A stretch of 32,000 bases of DNA from Acidimicrobiales bacterium (lineage in GTDB: Bacteria; Actinomycetota; Acidimicrobiia; Acidimicrobiales; Iamiaceae), in assembly GCA_041394165.1 (NCBI GenBank), contig JAWKIT010000004.1:212502-244501 (forward strand), in the 5' to 3' direction. The number at the start of each line of letters is the position of its first letter. Position 1 is the first letter of the stretch. Under the pieces are notes generated by a model that worked only from the letters and a program-made list of their open reading frames with translations, did not search any database and had not been told where the DNA came from. Both the position numbers and the translations under genes were made by a program. Positions 1 through 7,886 of the stretch are shown here, one piece after another.

Positions 1-998
1 CAGAGCACCCCGCCCGACATGTTCACCGGCAGGTCGCCGTCGAGGGCGGTGGCCCCCGCCTCGGTCATCTTCCAGCCCTCGCCCGGCTCGGCGAACCCGA
101 GGTTCTCCAGCCACATCGGCTCGAACCAGGAGAACGGCACGTACATCTCGACGGCGTCGACCTCCTTGCGGGGGTTCGTGATGCCGGCCTGCTTGTAGAC
201 GTCGGCGGCGCACAGGGCCCCGCCGAGCGGCAGCACCGTGTCGCGCTCGGCCGACAGGGTCGGCTCGGAGCGCATCGCCGTGCCCTGCACCCACGCCGGC
301 TTGCGGCCTTGGGCGGCGGCCTCGTCGGCCACCTTCTCGGAGCCGAGCACGAGGGCGCAGGCGCCGTCGGAGCTGGGGCACGTCTCGGCGTAGCGGATCG
401 GGTCCCACAGCATCATCGACTCCTTGATGGAGTCGAACGAGATGTCGGGCTCGTGCAGGTGGGCGTAGGGGTTCTTCAGGCCGTTCTGGCGATCTTTCAG
501 CGCCACCAGCATCCCGATGTGGTCGGGGGCACCGGAGCGGCGGATGTAGGAGCGCACGTGCGGGGCGAAGTACCCGCCGGCGCCGGCGTGGAGCGGGGGC
601 GTGAACGGGATGGGCAGCGACAGCGCCCACATGGCCTCGGACTCGGACTGCTTCTCGAAGGCCACCGTGAGCACCCGCTCGTGGATGCCCGACGACACCA
701 GCTGGCTGGCGACGATGGCGGTCGAGCCGCCCACCGAGCCGGCGGTGTGCACCCGGAACATCGGCTTGCCCGTGCAGCCCAGCGCGTCGGCCAGGAACAG
801 CTCGGGCATCATCACGCCCTCGAAGAAGTCGGGGGCCTTGCCGATGACCACGGCGTCGATGTCGGCCCAGGTCATCTCGGCATCGGCGAGGGCCCGCTGG
901 GCGGCCTCGCGCACGAGGCCGGCCATGGACACGTCGCCTCGGGTGGCGGAGTGCTTCGTCTGTCCGATGCCGACGACGGCAACGCGCTCGTGACCCAT
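1..998 (-). CDS. thiolase-like lipid-transfer protein (SCP-x/Ltp type); 3' end runs off the window
   Basis: Not in the supplied ORF track, because there is no stop inside the window. My reverse-strand translation from ATG 998-996 reads MGHERVAVVGIGQTKHSATRGDVSMAGLVREAAQRALADAEMTWADIDAVVIGKAPDFFEG...FRVHTAGSVGGSTAIVA...ETCPSSDGACALVLGSEK...VNMSGGVL, with no stop down to base 1. This is a thiolase-fold pattern. The ATG overlaps the TGA (1000-998) of the upstream gene (ATGA). Confidence 0.85.
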   Translation of the reverse strand, partial: MGHERVAVVGIGQTKHSATRGDVSMAGLVREAAQRALADAEMTWADIDAVVIGKAPDFFEGVMMPELFLADALGCTGKPMFRVHTAGSVGGSTAIVASQLVSSGIHERVLTVAFEKQSESEAMWALSLPIPFTPPLHAGAGGYFAPHVRSYIRRSGAPDHIGMLVALKDRQNGLKNPYAHLHEPDISFDSIKESMMLWDPIRYAETCPSSDGACALVLGSEKVADEAAAQGRKPAWVQGTAMRSEPTLSAERDTVLPLGGALCAADVYKQAGITNPRKEVDAVEMYVPFSWFEPMWLENLGFAEPGEGWKMTEAGATALDGDLPVNMSGGVL

Positions 999-2056
999 CA
1001 GCTCTCTCCCTCGAGGACGCAGACCAGGTTCTGCTGGAGGCACGGGCCGCTCGTGGCGTGGGCCACGCCCCGGTCCGCCGTGCCCGCCTTGATGCGGTTG
1101 AAGACCTCGCCGATGCGGATGAGCCCGGCGGTCATCATCGGGTTGGCGGCGAGCGCCCCACCCGACGGGTTGACGGCGACGTCGTCGCCCAGCCCCATCG
1201 CCTCGGCCAGGATCAGCTCCTGGTGGGTGAAGGGGGCGTGGATCTCGGCCACGTCGACCTTGCCGGCCGCCACGCCGGCCTTCTCGGCGGCGATCCGGGT
1301 CGACTCGCTGACCGTGAGGTCGCGCAGGCCGAGGTGGATCGGCTCGACGCGGTGGTCGATGCCGCGGATCCAGGCCGGTCGCTCGACCTTGGCGCGAGCC
1401 ACGTCGCCGGCGGCGAGCACGATCGCCGCGGCGCCGTCGGTGATCGGCGGGCAGTCGTGCTTGCGCAGCGGGGCGATGTGGTACGGCTCGGCGAGCAGCT
1501 CGTCGGCGGGACGATCCCACGCGAGCTGGGCGTTCGGGTTGTCCATGGCGCTCTTGCGCGACCGGGCGGCCACCGCCGCGAGGTCGGCCTCGGTGGCCTT
1601 CCCCGACTGCAGCAGCGCCTGGGCCTGCAGGGCAGCCAGGCTCACCGAGTCGGCCCACAGCGGGCCCACCGTGTACGGGTCGAGCTGGCGGGTGAGCACC
1701 ATCGGCAGATCGCCGGGCGAGCTCTTGGCGTAGCAGTAGACGAGGGCGGTGTCGATCTCGCCGAGCTGGAGCTTGACCCAGGCCTCGTAGAGGGCCCAGG
1801 CGCCGTCCATCTCGACGTGGCTCTCCTGGATGGGAGGCCACGGGCCGACGCCGTCGAGCGTCGACACGAACGAGAAGGCCATGCCGGCCAGGTAGTCCGT
1901 GGACCCCGAGCAGGTGAACCCGATGTCGTCGATCGTCATGTCGAGCTGGTCGAGCACGCCGTGGATGGCGGGCATCAGCATCTCGACCTCGTTGAGGTCC
2001 TCGACCCGACGCCGCGCTGGCGTCTGGTGGAACCCGATGACGGCGATGTCGCGCAT
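998..2056 (-). CDS. thiolase-like lipid-transfer protein (Ltp-type, non-canonical thiolase)
   Basis: ORF 998..2224(-). I place the start at ATG 2056 (MRDIAVIGFHQTPARRRVEDLNEVEM...). The residues upstream are Arg/Pro junk, and this ATG overlaps the TGA of the preceding DUF35 gene (ATGA at 2056-2058). Thiolase-like segments are KHDCPPITDGAAAIVLAAGD and VNPSGGALAANPMMTAGL. Confidence 0.9.
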   Translation of the reverse strand: MRDIAVIGFHQTPARRRVEDLNEVEMLMPAIHGVLDQLDMTIDDIGFTCSGSTDYLAGMAFSFVSTLDGVGPWPPIQESHVEMDGAWALYEAWVKLQLGEIDTALVYCYAKSSPGDLPMVLTRQLDPYTVGPLWADSVSLAALQAQALLQSGKATEADLAAVAARSRKSAMDNPNAQLAWDRPADELLAEPYHIAPLRKHDCPPITDGAAAIVLAAGDVARAKVERPAWIRGIDHRVEPIHLGLRDLTVSESTRIAAEKAGVAAGKVDVAEIHAPFTHQELILAEAMGLGDDVAVNPSGGALAANPMMTAGLIRIGEVFNRIKAGTADRGVAHATSGPCLQQNLVCVLEGES

Positions 2057-2685
2057 CAGCCCTCTCCTCCGAACTCCGCGGTGCCGCCCTCGCCGGTGCG
2101 AGGGTTGCGGACGACCAGCTCCGTGGGGGCGACCCCGCCCGGCCACGAGCCCAGGCCCGTGCCGCGCTTCTCGCCCGGGATGCGGACGTCGGGGTCGTCG
2201 GGCTCGCCGTTGGGGCGGAACCACTTGATCGACTCGAGCGTCGGCTCGATGTCCTCGTCATCGCGCCACACGGCCTCGACGCGCATGCCGATGCGCACCT
2301 CGTGGGCGGGGATCTCCTGGATCAGGTGCATGATCGCCAGGTCGGCCCCGTCGAGCAGGATCAGGGCGCTCGTGTAGGGGATCTCCATCACCGAGCCGTA
2401 GAACTGCAGGTTGACCACGCAGAACGACACGACAGTGCCCACCTGGGCGACCTCGACCTCGATCGGGGTGGCGGCGCCCAGCTCCGGATCGGCGCCGCGC
2501 GGCGGCACGTAGACCCGGCTGTGCTCGTTGGCCTGCTGGCCGATGATCTTCTTCTGGGTGATGCCCCGGAGGAAGCGGGTGGTGGCGTCGCCGGCGGTGA
2601 ACTCGTAGTCGAGCTGGGCCGGGGTGCGCACGCTGCGGACGGGCTCGACGTCGCGGAGCGACTCGGGCAGCGAGATCTCGGTCAT
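2056..2685 (-). CDS. DUF35 OB-fold protein (acyl-CoA-associated, thiolase/aldolase partner)
   Basis: C-terminal 209 aa of ORF 2056..3156(-), starting at ATG 2685 (MTEISLPESLRDVEPVRS...FLRGITQKKIIGQQ...VSFCVVNLQFYG...ILLDGADLAIMHLIQEI...RIGMRVEAVWRDD). This is the typical DUF35 OB-fold layout. There are 4-nt ATGA overlaps with both neighbours. Confidence 0.85.
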   Translation of the reverse strand: MTEISLPESLRDVEPVRSVRTPAQLDYEFTAGDATTRFLRGITQKKIIGQQANEHSRVYVPPRGADPELGAATPIEVEVAQVGTVVSFCVVNLQFYGSVMEIPYTSALILLDGADLAIMHLIQEIPAHEVRIGMRVEAVWRDDEDIEPTLESIKWFRPNGEPDDPDVRIPGEKRGTGLGSWPGGVAPTELVVRNPRTGEGGTAEFGGEG

Positions 2686-3137
2686 GCGACCACCTCCCAG
2701 TGGGCGATGTCCTCGATGCGCCCCTCGCGCTCCTCCGCCCACACCGGCCGGACCTTGGTGCCGGCGGCGACGGCGTCCATGCCGGGCGCCTTCACGGCAC
2801 CGAGCATCGGCGTGTCGGCGCCGTCGGGCACGATCAGCGCCCAGGCGAACGGCTCGTCGAGCGGGTGCTTGGCGTGGGGCGCGGTCACCCACGCCCACGT
2901 CGAGACGGTGCCCTCGGGCCCCACCTCCACCAGCTCGGTGAGGTCGTCCCCGGTGACCGGGTCGAACTCGGCGGGCGGCACGATGACCCGACCGTCGAGC
3001 GCCTTGGACCCCACCAGGACCTGCTCGCGCAGGCCGGTGAGGAAGGCGCCGATGACCGGGCCGGTCGTCCGCTTGAACGGGTACTCGATGATGAGCGGGG
3101 CGCGGAGGATGTCCCCTGGTGCCTGCGGTTCCGTCAC
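2682..3137 (-). CDS. DUF35 OB-fold protein (second copy)
   Basis: C-terminal 151 aa of ORF 2682..4034(-). GTG 3137 starts VTEPQAPGDILRAPLIIEYPFKRTTGPVIGAFLTGLREQVLVGSKALDGRVIVPPAEFDPVTG...FAWALIVPDGADTPMLGAV...GTKVRPVWAEE. Everything upstream in this frame is Arg/Gly junk. The stop overlaps the next start (ATGA). Confidence 0.8.
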   Translation of the reverse strand: MTEPQAPGDILRAPLIIEYPFKRTTGPVIGAFLTGLREQVLVGSKALDGRVIVPPAEFDPVTGDDLTELVEVGPEGTVSTWAWVTAPHAKHPLDEPFAWALIVPDGADTPMLGAVKAPGMDAVAAGTKVRPVWAEEREGRIEDIAHWEVVA

Positions 3138-3148
3138 AGCACGCACAA

Positions 3149-3162
3149 TAGAACACGTTTCA
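3149..3162. promoter_or_regulatory. KstR-type operator (TAGAACACGTTTCA)
   Basis: Fits TnnAACnnGTTnnA exactly. It lies in the 75-nt divergent gap between the DUF35 operon (GTG 3137) and the STAND gene (ATG 3213). It is one of six related palindromes in the window, which also encodes a KstR-like TetR. Confidence 0.75.
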
Positions 3163-3212
3163 GTTTTCGCAAGTTGGCCGCCCGACGGCGCCCGGGCGCG
3201 ACCCCTGGCAGC

Positions 3213-6200
3213 ATGGGCGCCATGACCGACGGGGTGGGGACCGAGCGGGCGATCCGGGTGTTCGTGTCGTCCACCTTCCGCGACATGCAGGCCGAGCGCG
3301 AGGAGCTGGTCAAGCGGGTGTTCCCGCTGGTGCGGCGCCGCTGCGAGGAGCGCGGCGTCGGCTGGTCGGAGGTCGACCTCCGGTGGGGCGTCACCGACGA
3401 GCAGAAGGCCGAGGGCGCCGTCCTCCCCATCTGCCTCGCGGAGATCGACCGCAGCCGCCCGTTCTTCCTCGGCCTGCTCGGCCGCCGCTACGGCTGGGTG
3501 CCCGAGGAGCTGCCCGACGACCTCGCCGACCACCTGCCCTGGCTGCGCGAGCTCGACGGCACCTCGGTCACCGAGATGGAGGTGCTCCACGGCGTCCTCA
3601 ACGATCCCGACGCGGCCGGCCACGCCTTCTTCCACCTGCTCGTCGACGACGGCGCCCCCGACGCCGAGGAGACGCCGGAGGCGACGGCGAAGCAGGCCGC
3701 GCTGAAGGACCGCGTGCGCGCCTCGGGCCATCCCTGGGCCGACTACGCGTCGCCCGCCGAGCTCGGCGAACAGGTCCTCGGCGAGCTCCTCGCCCTCGTC
3801 GACCGGCTGTTCCCCGAGGACGACGCGCCGGACGTCGCCGCGCGCGACGCCGCCGCCCACCGCGCCTACGGGGCGGCCCGGCGCGCCGGCCACATCGACC
3901 GACCGGCGCTGCGAGGGCGCCTCGACCAGCACCTCGCCGGCGACGGACCGCCGCTGCTGCTCGCGGCGGAGGCGGGCGCGGACCTCACCCCGCTCGTCGC
4001 GTCGTGGGCACCGGAGGGCGCCGTCGTGCACCACGTGGGGGCGACGTCGGACGCCGCCGACTGGCGGAACCTGGCGGGCCGGCTCACGATCGCCCTCACC
4101 GTCGCGGCGGGCGGCGAACCGCCCGACCCGGCCACGCTGCCCGACGATGCCGTTGCCGGCGCCGCGCGCCGTTGTTCGGCGCGATCGAGCGCTTCGGGGC
4201 GAGATTTGGGCTCAGCTCGCCGTCGTCGTCGACGGGTGCGAGCTGCTGCTCGACGTCGACGGGGCTCCCGACCTGACCTGGCTTCCGCTCCAGGTACCGG
4301 CGGGCCTGCGCCTCGTGCTCACGAGCGCGTCGAGCCGGACCACCGACGAGGTCCTGCGCCGGGGCTGGGCGGTGGCCGAGGTCCCGCCGCTCGACGATGC
4401 CGAGCGGCGGGCGTTCATCGCCTCGTTCCTCGGCCGCTGGTCGAAGGGCCTCGACCGCGTCCACGTCGATCGCCTGGCCGCCGCGCCCCAGACGGGCACC
4501 CCGCTGTTCCTGCGCACCGTCCTCGACGAGCTGCGCCAGCACGGCGACCACTTCACCCTGGGCGAGGTCATCGAGCGGTACCTCTCGGCCCGGACGGTCG
4601 ATGACCTGCTCGAGCAGGTGCTCGAGCGCTACGAGCGGGACTTCGAGCGCGACCGCCCCGGGCTGGTCCGCGACGCGATGACCGCGGTGTGGGCCGCTCG
4701 TCGAGGCCTCGCCGAACCGGAGCTGCTCGACCTCCTCGCGTCGGGCGACGACCCGCTGCCCGGGGCGATCTGGTCGCCGCTGGTGCTCGCCGCCGAGGAC
4801 GGGCTGGTCACCCGCTCGGGCCTGCTCGGGTTCGCGACCCCGCTCCACCGCCGGGCGGTGGAGGACCGCTACCTGGCCGGCGAGGGCCAGCGCCAGGCCG
4901 CGCACGCTCGTCTGGCCTCCCACTTCGCGTCGCAGCCGCTCGGCCCGCGGGTGGTCGAGGAGCTGCCCTGGGCCCAGCTCGCCGCCGGCGACGTCGACGG
5001 GCTCGTGCGCACGATCGGCGACCTTGGGTACCTGGCGATCGCCTACCCCCACGCGCCACGCGACCTCCGAACGCTGTGGGCTCGGGCGTCGGAGGCGGGC
5101 CGCTCGGTCGTCGACGCGTACCGGCCGGTCCTCGACGACCCGGCCGCGCACCCCGACGCCGCGTGGGCGGTGGCCCGCCTGGTCACCGATGCGGGCCACC
5201 CGACCGAGGCCCTCGCCCTCAACCGGTTCCTCGTCGAGCACCACCGAGCGGAGGCTGCCGCCGGCGTCGAGCGAGGCGCCGCCCGCCTGCGGGGCTCGCT
5301 GCTGAACCTGGGCGCCGCCCTCTGGCTGCAGGGCGACCTGCTGGGGGCCGAGCCACCCCTGCGGGAGGCGATCGAGCTGGCCCGCGGCGCGGGCGACGAG
5401 GTCGTGCTGCGCGCCGCGCTCGGCAACCTCGGCCTCGCCCTCCGCGACCGCGGCGACCTCGACGGTGCGCTCCCCCTCCTCGAGGAGGAGGCGACGCGCA
5501 GCCGGGCGGCGGGCGACCTGGCCGAGCTGCAGGCCAGCCTCGGCAACCGGGCCGGGCTGCTGCGCCAGCGGGGCCGCTTCGCCGACGCCCGAGCGCTGAT
5601 GGCCGAGCAGGAGGCGATCGCGCGCGGCACGGGCGATGCCCAGGGCGTCGCCGCCGCGCTGGTGGGCCAGGCCACCGTGGCCGCCGACACCGGCGATCCG
5701 CTCGGCGCCCTGGCCGCCTTCGAGGCCTACCGGGCGTGGGCGGCCGAGGCCGGCGACCTCCACGCCGAGACCGAGGCGCTCGTGAACCTGTCGAACACGC
5801 TCCGGCAGGTGGGCCGACACGACGAGGGCGCGGCGCGGGCCGAGGAAGCCGAGGCCCTGGCCCGGCGCACCGACGACGGTGCCCTGCTCGCCCGGGTGCT
5901 CGACGGCCGGGCCCGCATCGCCTCCGAGCAGGGCCGGTGGCCGGAGGTCGAGCGGCTGGCCGCCGAGGCCGCCCTCACCGCCCGCGCGGCCGCCGCGCCC
6001 GCCGCCCTCGTGCTCGCCCTCGGCAGCCTGGGGACGGCTCGGCGCGAGCTCGGGAACCTGCCCGGCGCCACCGAGGCGGCCCAGGAGGAGCTCGCCGTGG
6101 CCCAGCAGCTCGGCGACCCCGCCGCGGTGGCCACCGCGCAGGTGAACCTGGGCAACGTGGCCATCGCGTCGAACGACCTGCGAGGCGCCCTCGCCTGGTA

Positions 6201-6891
6201 CGGCGCGGCCGAGCCGCCCCTGCGCGAGCGCGGCCTGGCCATGGTGCTCGTGCCCCTCCTCAACAACCGGTGGCAGGTGCACGCCGCCCTCGGCGACCAC
6301 GTGTCGGCCGCCACCGACCTGGCCGCGTGCACCCACCAGTGCGTCCTGGCCGGCGCCTGGCAGCAGGCGCTCCAGGTCGGCGCGCAGGCGATCCAGCACC
6401 TGCACGGCACCGGTCGCCCCGGCGAGGCCGGGCCCGTGCTGGAGGACCTCGCCACGGCTGCCCGCGCCCTGGGCGACGACGCATCGCTCCAGCAGGCGCT
6501 CGGCGACCACGCCCTGCTGGTGATGGGCCAGGGCGACGGGGCCCGGGCGGCGGCCCTCCTCGACGAGCAGGAGCGCATCTGCCGGCGCATCGGCCACCAG
6601 GTCGGTCTGGCCGCGTGCATCGGCAACCGGGCCATCCTGAAGCGCCAGCAGGGCGACCTGCCCGGCGCGCTGGCCGACGTCGAGGAGCAGCTCCGCATCG
6701 CCCAGGCGGCGGGCGACGGCCAGGGCGTGCTGTTCGCCACGGCCAACCGAGGCGAGCTGCTCGGTGCGCTGGGCCGCACGGAGGAGGCGCGCCGCGACCT
6801 CGAGTGGGCGCGCCAGGTCGCCGCGCAGAACGGGCTCGCACCGATGGCCCAGCAGCTCGACCAGATGATCGCCGCCCTGCGCGACCGCTGA
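3213..6891 (+). pseudogene. DUF4062 / NACHT-like STAND (degenerate P-loop) / TPR-array protein, frame-disrupted as sequenced
   Basis: Two ORFs join into one protein.
- Frame of 2700..4604 from ATG 3213: MGAMTDGVGTERAIRVFVSSTFRDMQAEREELVKRVFP...VDLRWGVTDEQ...LLGRRYGWVP (DUF4062 hallmark), then ...PPLLLAAEAGADLTPLVASWA...VVHHVGATSDAADW.
- Frame of 4147..6891: ...QLAVVVDGCELLLDVDGAPDLTWLP...RLVLTSAS...AAAPQTGTPLFLRTVLDELRQHGDH..., followed by about 12 TPR-like 40-aa units.
The frame switch lies somewhere in 4140-4215. The length 3679 nt is not a multiple of 3. Confidence 0.8.
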
Positions 6892-6895
6892 ACGG

Positions 6896-7405
6896 CTACC
6901 CGCGGTCGTGCAGGTGCTCGGCGGTGGTTCCGCCGATCTCCATCGGGTCCATGCCCAGCTTGCGGTGGTCCCAGGAGCGCAGCCGCTCGGTCCGCACCCG
7001 CACGGCGACGCGGTTGTGGAGCATGAACTCGACGAGGGGCTTGACCTCCTCGGAGTACGGGCCGTTGTAGCGCTCCCACACCTGCACGCCGACCTGCCAG
7101 AGGGCGTCGGCGTCGTCGACGATCTCGGCGGTGCCCTCGACGGCGACGCCGCGCAGCGAGTCGTAGGTCTCGCCGTCCTCGACCAGCACGGTGATTCGGG
7201 GATCGCGGCGCAGGTTCACGGCCTTCTGCGACTTGGCCTTCGTCTCGAACCAGATCGCGCCGTCGACCAGGCCGTACCACATCGCCACGGCGTGGGGGTG
7301 GCCGCTGGGGCCGTTGGTGACCATGATCGCCGTCCGGCTCTGCTCGAGGTACTCGACGATCTCGTCGTCGCTCATCTCGATCGTCTTGCGCTGGTTCGAA
7401 CCCAT
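6896..7405 (-). CDS. PPOX-class (pyridoxamine 5'-phosphate oxidase-like, probably F420/FMN-dependent) protein
   Basis: Last 169 aa of ORF 6896..8386(-), from ATG 7405: MGSNQRKTIEMSDDEIVEYLEQSRTAIMVTNGPSGHPHAVAMWYGLVDGAIWFETKAKSQKAVNLRRDPRITVLVEDGETYDSLRGVAVEGTAEIV. This is the typical split-barrel PPOX pattern. Confidence 0.8.
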   Translation of the reverse strand: MGSNQRKTIEMSDDEIVEYLEQSRTAIMVTNGPSGHPHAVAMWYGLVDGAIWFETKAKSQKAVNLRRDPRITVLVEDGETYDSLRGVAVEGTAEIVDDADALWQVGVQVWERYNGPYSEEVKPLVEFMLHNRVAVRVRTERLRSWDHRKLGMDPMEIGGTTAEHLHDRG

Positions 7406-7522
7406 GGCGCCGGACCCTACATTTCTCGGAAAAGTCCGCGCCGGGCGTCGATCGAGCAGGATCCCGTTCGTCGTCAGGGTGAGGACCGGCACCGAGTCGG
7501 CCCCGAACGAAGGGATCCAGCC

Positions 7523-7885
7523 ATGACCCAGTACCTCCTCTCCGTGCACTACGTCGACGGCCAGGGCGCCACCCCGCCCGAGGACATGCAGGCCGCGTTC
7601 GAGGCGGTGGACCGCTTCAACCAGAAGCTGCAGGACACCGGCGCCTGGGTGTTCGCCGGCGGCCTCGAGACGCCCGACACCTCGACCGTGGTGGACGCCA
7701 CCGGCCCAGAGGTGCTCACCACCGATGGCCCGTTCTCGGAGGCCAAGGAGCAGATCGGCGGCTTCTGGGTGATCGAGGCCCCCGACCTCGACGCCGCCCT
7801 CGCCCTCGCCACGGAGGGCTCGGCCGCCTGCCGAGGCCCCGTCGAGGTGCGCCCGTTCCAGTCCGAGCCGCCCGCCGCCGACTGA
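7523..7885 (+). CDS. YCII-related / DGPF-domain protein
   Basis: ATG 7523 is preceded by GAAGGGA. The 120-aa product is [13 protein letters not shown]...[33 protein letters not shown], containing the DGPF motif. The stop at 7883-7885 is one base before the sigma-factor start. Confidence 0.85.
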   Translation: MTQYLLSVHYVDGQGATPPEDMQAAFEAVDRFNQKLQDTGAWVFAGGLETPDTSTVVDATGPEVLTTDGPFSEAKEQIGGFWVIEAPDLDAALALATEGSAACRGPVEVRPFQSEPPAAD

Positions 7886-7886
7886 C

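Noticed and set aside
4140-4215. Programmed ribosomal frameshifting as the explanation for the split STAND gene, and likewise for the other split genes.
   Set aside because: I found no slippery heptamer of the X XXY YYZ type and no obvious downstream stimulatory structure. Similar breaks occur in five unrelated genes, several in simple C/G runs, which argues for indels rather than recoding.
4096-6597. The 833-aa minus-strand ORF, and the 793-aa Arg/Pro/Gly-rich plus-strand ORF (4689..7070), both overlapping the TPR gene.
   Set aside because: Their composition is low-complexity (runs of R, G, P, A) with no recognisable motifs. They lie antisense to, or out of frame with, a sequence that has clear TPR and STAND motifs. 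Long stop-free alternative frames are expected in DNA this GC-rich.
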